A DNA stretch of 64,000 nt, taken from the human T2T-CHM13v2.0 reference genome, Homo sapiens. This document shows positions 25,534 through 42,819 of this stretch, piece by piece; positions within the stretch are counted from its first letter, which is position 1, and each line of letters begins with the position of its first letter. A model generated the notes under the pieces. It saw only the letters and a list, made by a program, of their open reading frames with translations, did not search any database and had not been told where the DNA came from. The stretch lies in the NCBI RefSeq assembly GCF_009914755.1, contig NC_060925.1. One strand, 5' to 3'. Position numbers and translations under genes: made by a program.

Positions 25534-26280
25534 TGATATAAATCAAAAGACCCTCATTTCAGAGAAGTTCCTGCCTCAGATTCTAGAGAAAGAAATGCTA
25601 CACAGAGAGACCAAGAAGAATCTGAACAGACAGGCCTTGCTGGGTTTCTCCACTCAGCCTGTTAGTATGGAATCATACCCTTTTCATCCAGTCACATTTC
25701 TACAAGGTTGTTGGTCATGCCTATGAAGTGAAGTCTCCATAAAAACCCAAGAGGACTGGGCTTGGAGAGCCTCCAGATAGCTGGAGATTCCTGGCATGCA
25801 GTGTGCCCAGGGAAGGCATGGAAGCTTCGTGTCCCTTCCCCCATACCTTGCCCTATGCCATCTCTTCATCTGTATCCTTTGTAATATCTCTTATAATAGA
25901 CCAGCAAACATAAATGTTTCCCTGGTTTATGTGAGCCACTCCAGCAAATTAATTGAACCCAAGGAGGGGGTTGTGAGAACCCCAACTGGAAGCTGGTTGG
26001 TCCGAAGTTCTGGAGGCCCAGACTTAGAACTGGTGTGGTGGAGGGGTGGTGTTGGGGACTGAGCCCCCAGCCTCTGTGGTCTGACACTCTCTCCAGTTAG
26101 TGTCTGAACTGAATTGGAGAACACCCAGCTGGTGTCCACTGCAGAATACATTATTCAGTTTGCTGTGAGGAGAAATCCACCTCCCTGCATTTGGTCACAG
26201 AAGTCTTCTATGTTGATGATTGTTATTATTTTGATGTGGGAGCAGAGGAAAAACATGGTTGGAGAGGTTTGTTCAAAACA
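25534..26280 (+). mobile_element. MER21A-like LTR
   Basis: AAGAAGAATCTGAACAGACAGGCCTTGCTGGG, AGCAAATTAATTGAACCCAAGGAGGGGG and GGTCACAGAAGTCTTC motifs. Confidence 0.7.
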
Positions 26281-26309
26281 ACAAACATTCACATTTGTAC
26301 CCATCTCTT

Positions 26310-26650
26310 TCTTTTTTTTTTTTTTTTTTGTTTTATTTTAAGTTCTGGGATACGTATGCAGAACATGCAGATTTGTTACGTAGGTATACGTGTGCCATGG
26401 TGGTTTGCTGCACCTATCAACCCATCATCTAGGTTTTAAGCCCCACATGCATTAGGTATTTGTCCTAATGCCTCCCTCCCCTTGCCCCTCACCCACTAAC
26501 AGGCCCTGGTGTGTGATATTCCCGTCCCTGTGCCCATATGTTCTCATTGTTCAACTCCCACTTTGAGTGAGAACACGTGGTGTTTGGTTTTCTGTTCCTG
26601 TGTTAGTTTGCTGAGAACGATGGCTTCCAGCTTCATCCATGTCCCTGCAA
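26310..26650 (-). mobile_element. L1PA 3'-end fragment
   Basis: T tail + TTTTAAGTTCTGGGATAC...CCAGCTTCATCCATGTCCCTGCAAA. Confidence 0.85.
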
Positions 26651-26775
26651 ACTCAGGAACAGAAAAAGGATTCCATAATTACCTCTTTTAATCAACATTG
26701 TACTGGAGGTCATGGCTAGTTCAACAAAACAAGGAAAATAGTCAAAGGGAATAAAAATTAGAAATGAATATGTGA

Positions 26776-27070
<295 letters not shown>

Positions 27071-27689
27071 TCATTATTCACAAACTATATACCTGTGTAT
27101 ATAGGAAACCAAGAGGACTATATGAAAAATTATTTGAGTGTAGAAGTCAGTTTTGCAAAATTGCTAGATATAAGGTCAATATACAAAAATCATTTTTATT
27201 TCTATATATTAGTACAAACAGATAAAAATGAAATTTTGAAAACAATACTATTTACAGCAGCACAAAAAAGATAAAATATATAGAAATAATTTCAAGAAGA
27301 AATATTTAAGACCTATACACCTATTGCAACAAAAGATTGCTGAGAAAAAATTAAAGAGCTAAATAAACAGGAGACTATACCATGGTTTTTATTGGAAGAC
27401 TTAATATTGCTAAGATGTCAATTCTTCCTAAATTAATTTATAGATTCAATAGAATTCCAATAAAAATTATTGCAGGTTATTTTTATAGAAATTAACAAGT
27501 TGATTCTAAAACTTATATGAAAATGTAAAAGACATAGAATAGCCAAGGCAATCTTGATGAAGAACAAAGCTAGAAGGTTTTCACTACCTAATATCAAGAT
27601 ATATTGTAAAACTTCAGAAATTAAGATAGCATTCCAGTATTGCAAGGATTGAAAAGTAGTCGATGGAATATAATAGTCTAGAAATAGAC

Positions 27690-28464
27690 CCTGTGTGTGG
27701 GAAAAACACTAACTGTTTTTCCTCTGGTTTCACACCACAACAATCAACACAGAAGACTTCTGTGACCAACGTGTGGGGAGTTTCCCACGTGCCAAGCAAG
27801 CAATCAGCTCTTCAGTGGACACCAACTGGATGTCCTCTAATTCAGTTCAATTCTGACACTATCTACCTGTAGATATCCACCAGATGCCAACTGCAAGCTC
27901 CAGATTGTTTTACCTGCGCTTCTGACCAACTAGCTATAAACTGGGTTTCCCGTTATTCCCTCCTTGGGTTCAATTAATTTGCTAGATGGCTCACAGAACT
28001 CAGGGAAACACATTCACTGGATTATTATAAAGGTTATTACAAAGGGTACATATGAAGAGATGCATAGGACAAGGTGTAGGGGAAGGGATACAGAGTTTCC
28101 ATGCCTTCCCAGGGCGTGCCACCCTCCAGGAACCTCCGCATGTTTAGCTCTCTGAACCTTGTTCTTTGGGTTTTTATGGAGGCCTCAATAAATGGGAATG
28201 ATTGACCACTGGCCATCGGTGGTCAACTTAACCTTCAATCCCTCTCCTTTTCCTGAAGGTTGGGGACGGGCTCAGAGTCCAATATTCCAACCCTGCCTTG
28301 GTCTTTCTGGTGACCGGCCCCTATCCCGAAGCTGCCTACAGGCTGCCAGCCATCGGTCACCTCATTAGCCTACAAAAAGACATCACTTCGGAATTTCTAA
28401 AAATTTTAGGAATTGTATGCCAGGAAAGGAGGTTGAAAACCAAATATATATTTCACAATATCAC
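27690..28464 (-). mobile_element. MER21B-like LTR
   Basis: Reverse-complement similarity to 25534-26280 (GAAGACTTCTGTGACC; CCTTGGGTTCAATTAATTTGCT). Confidence 0.7.
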
Positions 28465-28689
28465 ACAAACCAACACATACTTGATCTTTTCAATAAATGG
28501 TGCTTGGTCAAATTGATATCTATAAGGAAAAAAAACCTTGATATCTCCCTCATATCATATACAAAAATTAATTTAAAACAAATCATAAATTTAAATATGA
28601 AAGCTAAACCTATAAAGCTTCCAGGAAAAAGCACAAGAGAATATCTTCTACATCTTGAGATAGACAAATGTTTCCTTTTTTATTTTTAC

Positions 28690-30065
<1,376 letters not shown>

Positions 30066-31292
30066 AAAATCTGGTGTTTATATCCACTAAAAATATGTAC
30101 AAGAGTGTTAATAATGGCTTTAGTCATAATAACTCAAAATGAGAAAAAACCCAAATGTCTATCACGATTAGATGAGCAAATAAATCGTGTTATAGTCTTA
30201 TAAGGAATATTACACAGCAATGAAAAAGAAAAGCTACTTTTCCTGGCAATAATGTGGATGGATCTCACCACAATGATGAGTATTAATGAAGCTAGACTCC
30301 AAAAAGTACATAGTGAATTATTTCACTGATATAAAGTTTAAAATCTGGAAAAACTAATATATGGTGAGAGAGGTTAGAATGTGATTACCCTTGCAGGAGG
30401 GGGGTTATCAACTTGAAGGGCCAAAAAGGAATGACTGGGTGCTAGAAATGTGTTACATCTTGATGTGGGTAGTTTTGATATGTACTTACACATATAAAAG
30501 TTCATCAAGCTGTTGATTTAAATTTTGTGCACACAGCTGTGAGTTGTATCTTGGTAAAAAAGCAGAAAAAGAGTAATGACTACCTCTCACTCAACTGTTC
30601 TGACCATTAACTAAGATGTACTTTGATAAAAGCAAAATATGACTTGCCCATTGTGGAAACATTACCATAGCAAGTGAATTTGTAGATTTCCTCACTCATC
30701 TCAGCTAAACCCAACTCTTAGCTAAATATCAGAAAAGCCTGGGAGGCAGGGGTTGCAGTGAGCCATGACTGCACCACTGCACCCCAGCCTGGGTGACAGA
30801 GCAAGACCCTGCCTAAAAAAAAAAAAAAAAAGTGAAAAAGGAAGATAGACCTAAAACAGCCAACTGAAATGCAATATGGAATGTGCTATGGAGGTGTGCC
30901 CAGGGTGTGAGGCAAGCATAAGGAAAGCATGTTTTCCTCTGCCCTGCAGAGTTAGGAGTGGCTGCCCAGAGGCGGTGGGTGGGAGCTGCCATTGAAAGAA
31001 AAAGCCAAGGCCTGCCTGGTGTATGCAGAAAGGAACAGGGAAGGCGGGTATTATGGACACAGCAGTAGCATGGTTAAGGGAACACAAAACACACGTGTGG
31101 CTTATGGGTCTGGTAAAGATGGAGCAGGTTTGGAGAATGGGGTGATGGAACATGAGTTTAATTTTCAGGTGTTTAGTGGTGGTTTCACTTTATTTTTATC
31201 TTTTATAAAATTGTGAGAGGTAGCACAAGTATTAAAAGGTACTTAAATATAAATATACGGTGTAATGAAAAATAACGTAAACTCCCATATAA

Positions 31293-31708
<416 letters not shown>

Positions 31709-33789
31709 TAGACTTCTAAATACTTAAAGAATGAAATGTGTGATCTACAGTCCTCATGCTATACTGCCTTTGGGGTCTTTTTAAAAATTAGGCCGTTATA
31801 TTTTATTTTTATGTAATATTATATTAGTTTATACATTTAAGACTGGTTTGTCTGCAAATAAAAAGGAGCTAGAGAGAACACCAGGTGTTGTTTTGATTTT
31901 TCAACTGGAAGGAAACTGTACTAAAGGTAGGAAGCCCACAGAAAAGGAGCAGCTGAAGAAAGATGAGGGATGTCTTCACAGACAGCAGGTCCCAGGTGAC
32001 TTCTGAAAGAAGCTCTGGTGCCCTGAGCACACAGGGGAGTATTGGTCAAGGACAGGGCAAGAACACTCTTGCCCTCAGCAGAGGCAAATGTGGCCATTTA
32101 CAGGAGTAGATGAAGTACATTGACACTGGAGACTTGTTGGCAAGGTTGGTGGAATCCCTAACTTGTGCTTCTGTTTTCTTAAAGAAGGAGGTTGTTGGTT
32201 TGTGGAGGCTGAGATAGTGGAACAGGGCCTTGAAAGAGATGACGAAGGTGTGGAATTCTCCCACCTTTTGGGGAACAGGAGAAGCTGTGGGCCAGAAATG
32301 AGGATTCCCAGGACACTGAGAGTCCAGCTGGGGTTGGAGATTACGAATCTGTAGCTGCTCTTTGTTGCTGAATTTTCTCCTGCAGCCCCCAACAGTCCAG
32401 TGTGGGAAGGAGGAAGATGGTTGGAATGAGTTTCCATGGACGGCCTGGAAGGGGTGGGTGCCAGGGCAGGGGTGCAAAGCAGATATGGTGAAAAGGCAAG
32501 TAGACAAGTCACTATGTCCAGGGTATTGTGACTGATACAGAAAGATCTCAGTTTCTGTCCCAGAGGGGTACACACACCAGATAGGGGAGATGAAATGCTA
32601 CTACGAAAACATAACTTCAACACAAGTTCTCACACATTTAGTGAGGCATAGAGGAGGACCCAACAAGTGAAAATTGTTTAGAGGAAAGAGGCCACAGTCC
32701 AGGAAGGCCCCCGGGCCCCTGCCACTGCTGTTGCTACTGCTCAGCAGCTTTGGGGGCCACCTTCCTGTGGTTAAGAACGGATGAGGTGAACTAGTAACTC
32801 TGAAAGGGAGGGCAGAGGGCAGATGATTAACTCCACTGCAGCCTCAGGAAGAACAGAGGATGGTCAAGGAGACAAGTACAGAGGATGGTGAAGGAGACAA
32901 TCTGATCCAGCAGTGAGTCCCGCTCAGCCCTGAGCCCACGTGCAGAGCTCTGAGTCAGCTCAGCTTCCTCCAACCTGGACCTGCCAGTCGGAGGAAGGTG
33001 TGGGGCCTGAGCACCTGGGAGAAGGAGCACGGGAGGGTCTCAGAGCAAGTGGAATTTCCACCAGCCAACAAATAGATGTTAAGGTTTTCTCAGCTAGGGC
33101 TTGTGCTACCAGGCTTGGGGTGAAGGCATCAAAAGATGTACCTGCTGGGGACTAAGTGAACAGAGTCCAGTGAGATTCCAAAAGTACTGGGGCAATCCAG
33201 CTCTAGTCAGGGCAAAATCATAAGATAGATAAAGTATCCTATAGGGCCCACATCCCATTTCTTTCTTCCTCTCTATTTAGCTTCATACTGACCATATTAA
33301 CTCTCTTCCTCAGGCAATGCAACTCCCTTACCTCTGTCAAAACTCACCTAGCCCAAGTCCCACTCTTTGCATCAGTTAACCAAATCATCTCATATGTGAT
33401 ATTGTTTCTCCATGATAACAAGTGCATCTCCCTTTCCTGTTTCCCATCCAAACCCCATGCAACCCTGGCTTTTCTGAGCTGTTTCCTCTGCTTCAATTGT
33501 CCTTCTACTTTGTACCTACCTCCTAAACTCTTATTTATTCTTCAAGGCCAGTTCCCCAGTGTTCCTACCTAGAAGGAATCTTCATCTTCTTAGCTCCTTT
33601 TTTATTCTAAATGTATCTTGCCTGTTAATGACACATAGCATTTCCATCTTCCCTTATAGTTGTAATTATACATACCCATTTTCCTCTGTCTGAAAGATTC
33701 TTAAGGGTAGAATAGACATCTGTTTCATCTTTGTTTCCCCCACAAAACCTTGCATAGTTCTTGGAGCATAATAAGGGCTGGGGAAAGAG

Positions 33790-34760
33790 TTTATGAATAA
33801 GACCTCAAAAGCACAGGCAACAGAAGCAAAATAAACAAATGGTATTACAGCAAACTAAAAAAAAATCATGTACAGTAAAGGAAACAATTCACAGAGTGAA
33901 AAGGCAACCAATAGAATAGGAAAAAAAATTGCAAACTATGAATCCTACAGGCAACTAATATGCAGAATAGACAAGAAATTCAAACGTCACAACAGCAAAA
34001 TGAACAACCCAAGCAAGGGCTTCATGAATCCGTTTAAATTAATTAATTCAACAATGCATCTCACATAACTCCTAAAAATGACTCTATTGTCAGAATTTCA
34101 TGCAGGATACCAGAGAAATCACAGAGCTGTAATTCCCTTGCCTTTGGCCTCTTGCCAAGCTCCACATTTCCACAATTTAATTTTCCATCTGCAGACCTTC
34201 AGAACCAAAAGCCAGTGGCCCCAAAGCAGCATGGAACTCTCATGCACTATTTGGTTCAACCACTTTGGAAAACAGTTTGACAGCATCTGCTAGAGTTACG
34301 TACACATACTCCATGGTTCTGCCCCTAGAGATATACCCAACAGACATGCATGCACAAAAGGCTCATCACAGCATTATTATAATAGCAAAAACAAAATTGA
34401 AAGCAACCCAAAGGTTCATCAATAATAGAAAAGGTGAATAAACTATGATATAGTCATGCGATAAAATACTATACAGCCATGAAAATGATCTGCTACAAAT
34501 AATAACATACATAAATCTCATAAGATGTTGAGCAAAAGTAGTCAGACACAAGAGTGCATACCGTTTGATTCCATATATACGGACAAAACAAATCTGTGAT
34601 GTTAGAAGTCAGAATTGTGGCTATATTTATGGAAGACAGAGGAAGTAATGAATGGGAGAGAACATGTGGTAGACACAAGAGTGTGTTCATTTAACAATAG
34701 CTCATTGAGATGTACATTTGTAATTTTGTGTACTTTTCTGTATGTTGCACTTCAATAAGA
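33790..34760 (+). mobile_element. Old L1 fragments (ORF2 end and 3' UTR)
   Basis: AAAAGCACAGGCAAC...; CCACTTTGGAAAACAGTTTG; L1M 3' UTR-like motifs. Confidence 0.6.
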
Positions 34761-34787
34761 GAGGTTTGTCTGTGAAGACAATGGCCT

Positions 34788-35120
34788 GGCTGGGCACAGT
34801 GGCCCACATCTGTAATCCCAGTAATTTGGGAGGCCAAGGCAAGAGGATTGCTTGAGCCCAGGAGGTCAAGACCAGCCCAGGCAGCATAGCAAAACCCCAT
34901 CTCTACACAAAAATTAAAAATAAGCCAAGTGTGGTGATACATGCCTGTAGTCCCAGCTACTAAGGAGGCTGAGGCAGAAGGATTGCTTGAGCCCAGGAGG
35001 TCAAGGCTACAGTGAGCTGTGATCACATCACTGCACTCCAGCCTGGGTGATAGAGCAAGACCCTGTCTCACAAAAAAATAAAAATAAATAAATAAAAATA
35101 AAAAATTAAAAAAAAAAACA
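34788..35120 (+). mobile_element. AluJ-like
   Basis: Diverged Alu with TTGAGCCCAGGAGGTCAAG. Confidence 0.88.
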
Positions 35121-36647
35121 AGACATGCCCTGTCTCTCCTTGAAGTGATTTCAGTGGATTCCTTTCTGGATGGTGCTGTAGCCCAGGGTACATTGAATTC
35201 CAATCTCTTTTCTGTGTCCAGCTACTTTGCCATTCACCCTTTGTTGGAGGGGAGGTGCAATGAGGAAGAGAAGAGCAAAAACGACTCCAGCCCTTCTACA
35301 GCTTGCCTGGATCCCAGCCAAAGCAGTCGCAGTTAGACACCACTCCCTGAGAAGTGACAGTTCCAACACAATCTACGCAAACAGCTGGCAACCCTTGGAG
35401 CTAATCTATAAGGTGTCACCTGTGCCCTTTTATTGTCCAGCAGATCTCAACTCAGGCTGTAAAGCATCTGGGGATTCATAGCCTCCAGCCTGTGTGTCCT
35501 TTGGGGTTTCCTCAGAACGGACAACTGAAACCTGAATTTTGGGTCTAAAATGAATTTTAGGGCCCAGGCCTATTCCCTGGGCAATGATTTGAAGATCCCT
35601 CCTTCCCAATATGTCTAACCCAAAAAACATCCCAGGCTGCCCGTTAAGATGCCTGAAAATAATTCACTTATTCACTCAACAAACATGTTTTGAACACCTA
35701 CTGCATTGGCACTGCACCAGGCACTAATCACAACTGTAGTAACAGTGACTCAGGCAATCTAGCGCAAGCTCTCTGAACAAACGGGCCCTGGACTTACTTG
35801 CCACTGAATCCTCAATAGCCCTGGTTCAGAGCTATTCAAAATATATCCAGAGAAAGAATGGGAACAGAGAGGGGGCTGCTATTGTGAAAATAAGTATCTA
35901 CTGAGGGTTGACTTGTGGCAGGTACTGCTCTAGATGTTGAGGAGACAACGGTGAGCAAAACAGACAAAAGCCCTGGCCTCAAGGATCTTACAGTCTAGGG
36001 GGCTGAAGAGGAGACTGGGAGACAGAAAATGAAAAACATAAGTAAACAGGATGGAACATAAATGGAGATGAGGACTATGGAGAAAAATTAAGTGGAGAGA
36101 GAGCTAAGAGTTTGCAGAATGGCAGGCTGACATTTTCAGTGGGGAAGGCATCACTGAAAAGGAGGTATTTGAGCAAAACTCTGAGGGGTTGAGGGAAGAG
36201 GCCATGTAGCCAGCAAAGGAGCAGCATCCCAGGCAGAGAAAACTGTGGATACAACAGAGAGCGAGGTCCAGGACCAGCAGGCAACATGGCTGAAATGCTG
36301 TGAGCAAGAGGAGAGACAAAGAGGAGTGGGTCTTGGACGCCAGGTCACGCACCATTGTAAAATGCATGGCTTTTACTCTGCATGAAAGAAGAAGTCTTTG
36401 GAAGAATTTCGCAATGCTCAAGAGTTATATGCACATCTTACATAAATAGTACTCCTGTTAAATTATTCAGTAAACAAAGTGGTTTTTTAAATTTCACTGT
36501 CATCATATGACTCCTGATGGGATGCGCTGAAAAAGACACAGTATCACTTTTGTGGTATTCCTGTCAAAAATGCATATAATATCTGCTGTCAATGGGCACA
36601 GAAAAAAATTTTTTTAAAGAAAAAATAATTTTAAAAATGCATATGAT

Positions 36648-37250
36648 GGCTAGGCATGATGGCTCACACTTGTAGTCCCACCACTTTGGGAGACTGAGGC
36701 AGGTGGATCGCCTGAGCCCGGGAGTTCAAGACCACCCTGGGCAACATGGGGAAACCCTGTATCTACAAAAAAAAAAAAAAAAATTAGCCAGGCATGGTGG
36801 CACAGACCTCTAGTTCCAGCTACCAGGGAGGCTGAGGTGGGAGGATGGCTTGAGCCTGCGAGGTCGAGGCTACAGTGAGCCGTGAGCATGCCACTGCACT
36901 CCAGTCTGGGTGAAAGAACCAGATCCTCTCTTGAAAAATAATAATAGGCCGGGCACAGTGGCTCACACCTGGTATCCCAGCACTTTTGAGAGGCGGAGGT
37001 GGGTGGATCACTTGAGGTCAGGAGTTTAAGACCAGCCTGGCCAACATGGTGAAACCCTGTCTCCACCAAAAATACAAAAATTAGCCAGGCTTGGTGGCAT
37101 GCATCTGTAGTCCCAGCTACTCGGGAGGCTGAGGCAGGACAATCACTTGAACCCGGGGGAGCAGAAGTTGCAGTGAGCCGAGATTGGACCACTGTACTCC
37201 AGCCCAGGCCACAGAGCGAGACTCCATCTCTAAAAAATAATAATAATGAT
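36648..37250 (+). mobile_element. Two tandem Alus (~36648-36940, ~36947-37250)
   Basis: Two head-to-tail dimeric Alus. Confidence 0.88.
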
Positions 37251-38549
37251 GATATAAAATAAATAAAAATGCATATGATAACCTGAATCATATGAGGGAA
37301 CATCAGACAAACCCAGATTAAGGAACCCTCTACAAAACAACTGGCTTGTCTTCTTCAAGAATGCAATATCATGAAAGATGAAGAAAGGTTAAAGTATGGT
37401 CATAGACTGAACATGAGAAACATAACAACTGAATGTAATACATGATCTTGATTGCATCTTGGGTCAGCAAAAAAAAAAAATAAAGCATATTCTTGGGACA
37501 ATTGGTAATATGTGAATATGGAAAGCATATTTGATGGTATTAATGTTAAATTTACTGAATTTGACAATTGTGCTGTAGTAACATGAGAATGTCTTTGTTC
37601 ATAGGATATAAGTGCTAAAATATTTAGGAGTAAGGGGACATAATGTCACAACTTGTTCTCAAGTGGTTCAGCAAAAATTATTGTACATTTATACACACAT
37701 ATACATACAGCTAGAGAAAGAGAAATAAAGTAAATGTGATAAAATGTTAATTGGTGAATCTAGATGAAAGAAATTCAAGAATCGTTTGAACTATTCTTGC
37801 AGCTTCCCTGGAACTTCACAATTATTTCAAACTAAAAAGCTTAAAAATTAAAGAAATAGAGCAGCTTCAGTCAACTTATGCCAGGCCTGCCCTATAGACA
37901 CAGGATGGAGGAGGAAGCAGCTCAGGAAGACCCAAGTCCATCCCTCCCTGTGCCTAACAAGTCACTCACCAGCTTCACCGTGCAAGGGCCGGCATAGCCA
38001 AGCCCAGCTATGGTGCTGAAGCCCTGGGAATGGGGGTGGAGGGAGCATTGCCCTCTGTCACACAGGCTCATGACCTCAGGGTCATAACCTCAGCTTCTCT
38101 GTTACTCTCATCCCCACAGCCAGGCACCAATCCCATCAGTCCTCCTTCGGCTGTCTGAGCTGCATTCAAGGATCCTTAGACCAGGTTCCAACCTAGCTCT
38201 CCTGCCTAGAATCCTGGGCCACTAGGCCCCCCAACCCACCCACAAGAGCTGCAGGCTCCACTCCTCCCTCCCTGCTCCCTGTTCCTCATCATGCTCTGCC
38301 CTAGGCTGCCTGCATCCTTACAAATGTTGAGTCCACCTGAGCCTTGACTGTGTCTTCCTGAAGGACACAAGAATGCTCAGGGACTCGGTAACTGAATTGA
38401 GTACCTGGGCATGGGACTTTATTGCATATGGGGCTTCTACCTGGCCCTGAACCCACACAACACTATGCCTCAGTTTCCCCTCTTTGTGCCCAGAGTGTAC
38501 CCTCCTCTAATTCCACGCTCTCCACCTCCGTGAAGCCCCTGCAGAGTCA

Positions 38550-38903
<354 letters not shown>

Positions 38904-39639
38904 TTAATTCAATTAAATTAAATGCGGGATCCAGGTTTCAGAGCATCCTGGACCCCAGAACTGGAGAAAGAGGGGAGCAGCCCTCAGCTGGGATCCCCAG
39001 GAGTAAATGTTAGATGGCTCCATGCCTGGCTGACAGCTTTAGGTTTGCTGTGGAGCTTCCTCATATTGTCTCCTTCTTCTGCCCCAACCCTGCATGTCCC
39101 TAATAATTTCCAGGCTCCTGTGGCATCTGGATGGCTGAAGAAGCCGGGGAGATGAGGGACCATGCCTTCCAGCTTCTTCCTGGCTGCTGGCCTCGCCCTC
39201 CCCTCCCTGGGCTCAGCTTTCCTGCCTCAGGGGTCCATCCATCTGTCTCTGAGCTCGAGAACCACCCACTTCCTTGGGACTGCTTCTCTTCTCTCATGCC
39301 ACAATTGGAGGATGCAATTTTCATCATCTTTACAGGCGGCTGGAAGGAGGCTTCTCTCTCCACTACACGGAAGGGTAAATTGAAGCCAGTGGGAAGGAAT
39401 CTCCTCACCCAAGACTTCCTGGATTGCTGGTGGCAGGGCCAGATACCCCTCTCACAGACCTCCCAGTGCACTGCCAGCCTGTCCTGTCTGATTTAGACTG
39501 TCAGAGCTGTCAGGAGCTGCTCGGAGTCAAGTTCCAGATGACTGTGTATGTGGCACAAGCAGAGGCTCTGGCTCTGATCTCCCTGAGGGGCACAGCTCCT
39601 AGTCCCTCCCTCGCCCCACGCCAGGTAGGACCTCCTTAC

Positions 39640-39700
39640 CTTTGCCCTGATACACCTTGAGGAGCAGGAGGAGTATGAGGGTGACCACTTGCCCCAGCAT
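39640..39700 (-). CDS. CD244: CD244 exon 1 coding part, signal peptide MLGQVVTLILLLLLKVYQGK
   Basis: GAAATGC start context; AAG|GTAAGG donor; all nine exons sum to 1113 nt (370 aa + stop). Confidence 0.96.
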
Positions 39701-40100
39701 TTCCACAGGACAGAGGGGCCAGGCCAGCCCCTCCACCCCACCAGACTCTCTGCCGTGCACGGGCTCAGCAGTCCCCAGTCAGCAAGAGGACGATGGGGAG
39801 CAGAACTGCCTTGCAACCTGTCCAGCCACAGTTTCCTCAATTAGAGGCTGTTAACGCCTGCTGTGAGCTGACAAGGCCACTGAGAAAGCCCCAGCGCCTG
39901 GAGCTGGTCTGACAGTTCCCACAAGCCAAACTGGTGAAGCTTACCTCAAGTGGGAGGGTGCTTGAAGTTCACAGTGACTCACAAAGCCAGTTTCAAAATT
40001 GCATCCCGTTCTCTGCTTCAGCCCAAGAAGTCTTCCAATTCTCTGAATCCTATATGGAGAGACCCCCATGGGGGCCAAACAGCCAGTATCCCCAACTGTT
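39701..40100 (-). promoter_or_regulatory. CD244: CD244 5' UTR and proximal promoter, AP-1 site TGAGTCA at 39975-39981
   Basis: Perfect AP-1 heptamer ~280 nt upstream of the ATG; no obvious TATA box; a functional AP-1 site has been described in the human 2B4 promoter. Confidence 0.7.
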
Positions 40101-40346
40101 CCATTCCAACAGACATTGTGGAGGTGGAGTGGAGAGGGGCTGGAGGAGGAGTGGGCTGAAACGTAGGGCCCTGGATAAGCGGCTAACAGTGTTGAAGGAA
40201 AGGAGGAGTAGCTGAGAGAACATAGGAAGAGACCTAAGGGCTGGAGGCACTAGAAAAATCTAGCAAGCCTGGGGATTCCATGCAAGTTGACACCAAAGTT
40301 TAAGCACATGTAAATTAAATTTGTTTCATAAGAATTTGTTTCACAC

Positions 40347-40642
40347 GGGGCACAGTGGCTCACGCCTGTAATCCCAACACTTTGGGAGACTGAAGCAGGC
40401 AGATCACTTGAGATCAGGAGATCGAGACTAGCCTGGCCAATATGGTGAATCCCCACCTCTACTAAAAATAGAGAAATTAGCCAGGCTGGGTGGCGTGCAC
40501 CTGTAATCCAAGCTACTTGGGAGGCTGAGGCAGGGGAATCACTTGAGCAAAGGAGGTGGAGGTTGCGGTAAGCCAAGATCACGCCACTGCACTCCAGCCT
40601 AGGTGACAGAGCGACACTGTGTCTCAAAAAAAAAAAAAAAAA
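40347..40642 (+). mobile_element. Alu in the CD244 upstream region
   Basis: Dimeric Alu. Confidence 0.9.
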
Positions 40643-41360
40643 TTTTGTTTTGCTCCACATTTCCGATCTGTATGCCTAGATTCCCTCCCTTCCTCTTTTT
40701 CTACTTTTCTATAGTAGTCCTCTCTTCCCTCTTTTGTCTTCTCCCAGAAGTGACATGGGCCTATTTTTGCTGCCTTCCCATCCATGCTTGGACGCCACCC
40801 TCCAGGAAGGCCAGGCAGCTCTGGATCTGCTTAGGCCCCCATGGAGGGGTGGGGACAGCGGCATCCCCCCTCCCCTGGAACACTGTGCTTCAAGGCCAGG
40901 CCCCAGGGTTCATGCCTCTTTCTTTCTTCCTTCTGCTTTCCCCTTAACAAATACTTTCAGTTCCCTTCAAGTCCGCTCTTATTCTCTTTTTCCATCCTTT
41001 GGTCCATTTCCAGCCACCCTGTCTGAACTGGGCAGGGGGCAGCAGACTGACAGCTTCAGCTGCCAACAGAGGCAGCAGCGGGGCTCTGGACAGAGCGCTG
41101 GATTTAGAGTCAAAGACTTGGACTTGCAGCTCCCATTCAGCAACTTACAACCTATGTGATTCTGGCCTTGTTGCTGTCTGAGCCTGTAGGGTCAACAATA
41201 CATCCTCCCCACCTTCACAAGGCAGTTTTCAGGATCAAATTAAAAATGATACTCCAGAATATGCACACAAAAAACACTGGACATAGATGAGGTTTTTGTG
41301 GTTTTGTTTTCATTTTTTTAAGCTCTGAATAGCTTTTTCCAGCGGGTCTAATGGTTATCA

Positions 41361-42355
<995 letters not shown>

Positions 42356-42819
42356 CTACACACTGACCTCCCCAGCCCTGAGCTCTTCAACACAAAGTCT
42401 ATGCTCTCCTTAGCTTAGTGTTTCCAAGCCTCACCCAGCGCCTGGTTCTTCAGAGTTGATTCGTAGATTGTCAAGTGCTGAAGGAATGAATGAATTCTCT
42501 AAGGAAGACATTTCTATTTCCCCTGAGATAGACTGGTTAGCTGAGTCACCATGGACCCTGCCCTCGTGGAGTTTTTATCTTGCCCTTCCTAATTTTTGTG
42601 CAGAGAGTCCTTCTGTGCAACTCAGCCACTTTAGCACGAGGACCCAAGACCTACAAAATCAATATAAACCAGAGACTCCCTTAGCTACATTTCCCATACA
42701 TATTCACGAGATCTTTATAAGTCTGGGACAGGGGACTCAGACAGGGGCATTTAAAGGTTAGCGGCCATCTGGGAATCAAAGGTTCATAAACCCCTGCCCA
42801 AACCATGCTTTCATCAAGC

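Noticed and set aside
32046-32623. Two overlapping - strand ORFs (175 and 182 aa); LQIRNLQPQLDS resembles an IgV E-F strand motif, suggesting a relic SLAM exon
   Set aside because: The spacing is off, there is no following YxC and no properly placed Cys/Trp anchors; probably chance. A tBLASTn against SLAM Ig domains would settle it.
36650-37303. 217-aa ORF and many similar [19 protein letters not shown] ORFs across the window
   Set aside because: They are antisense Alu translations.
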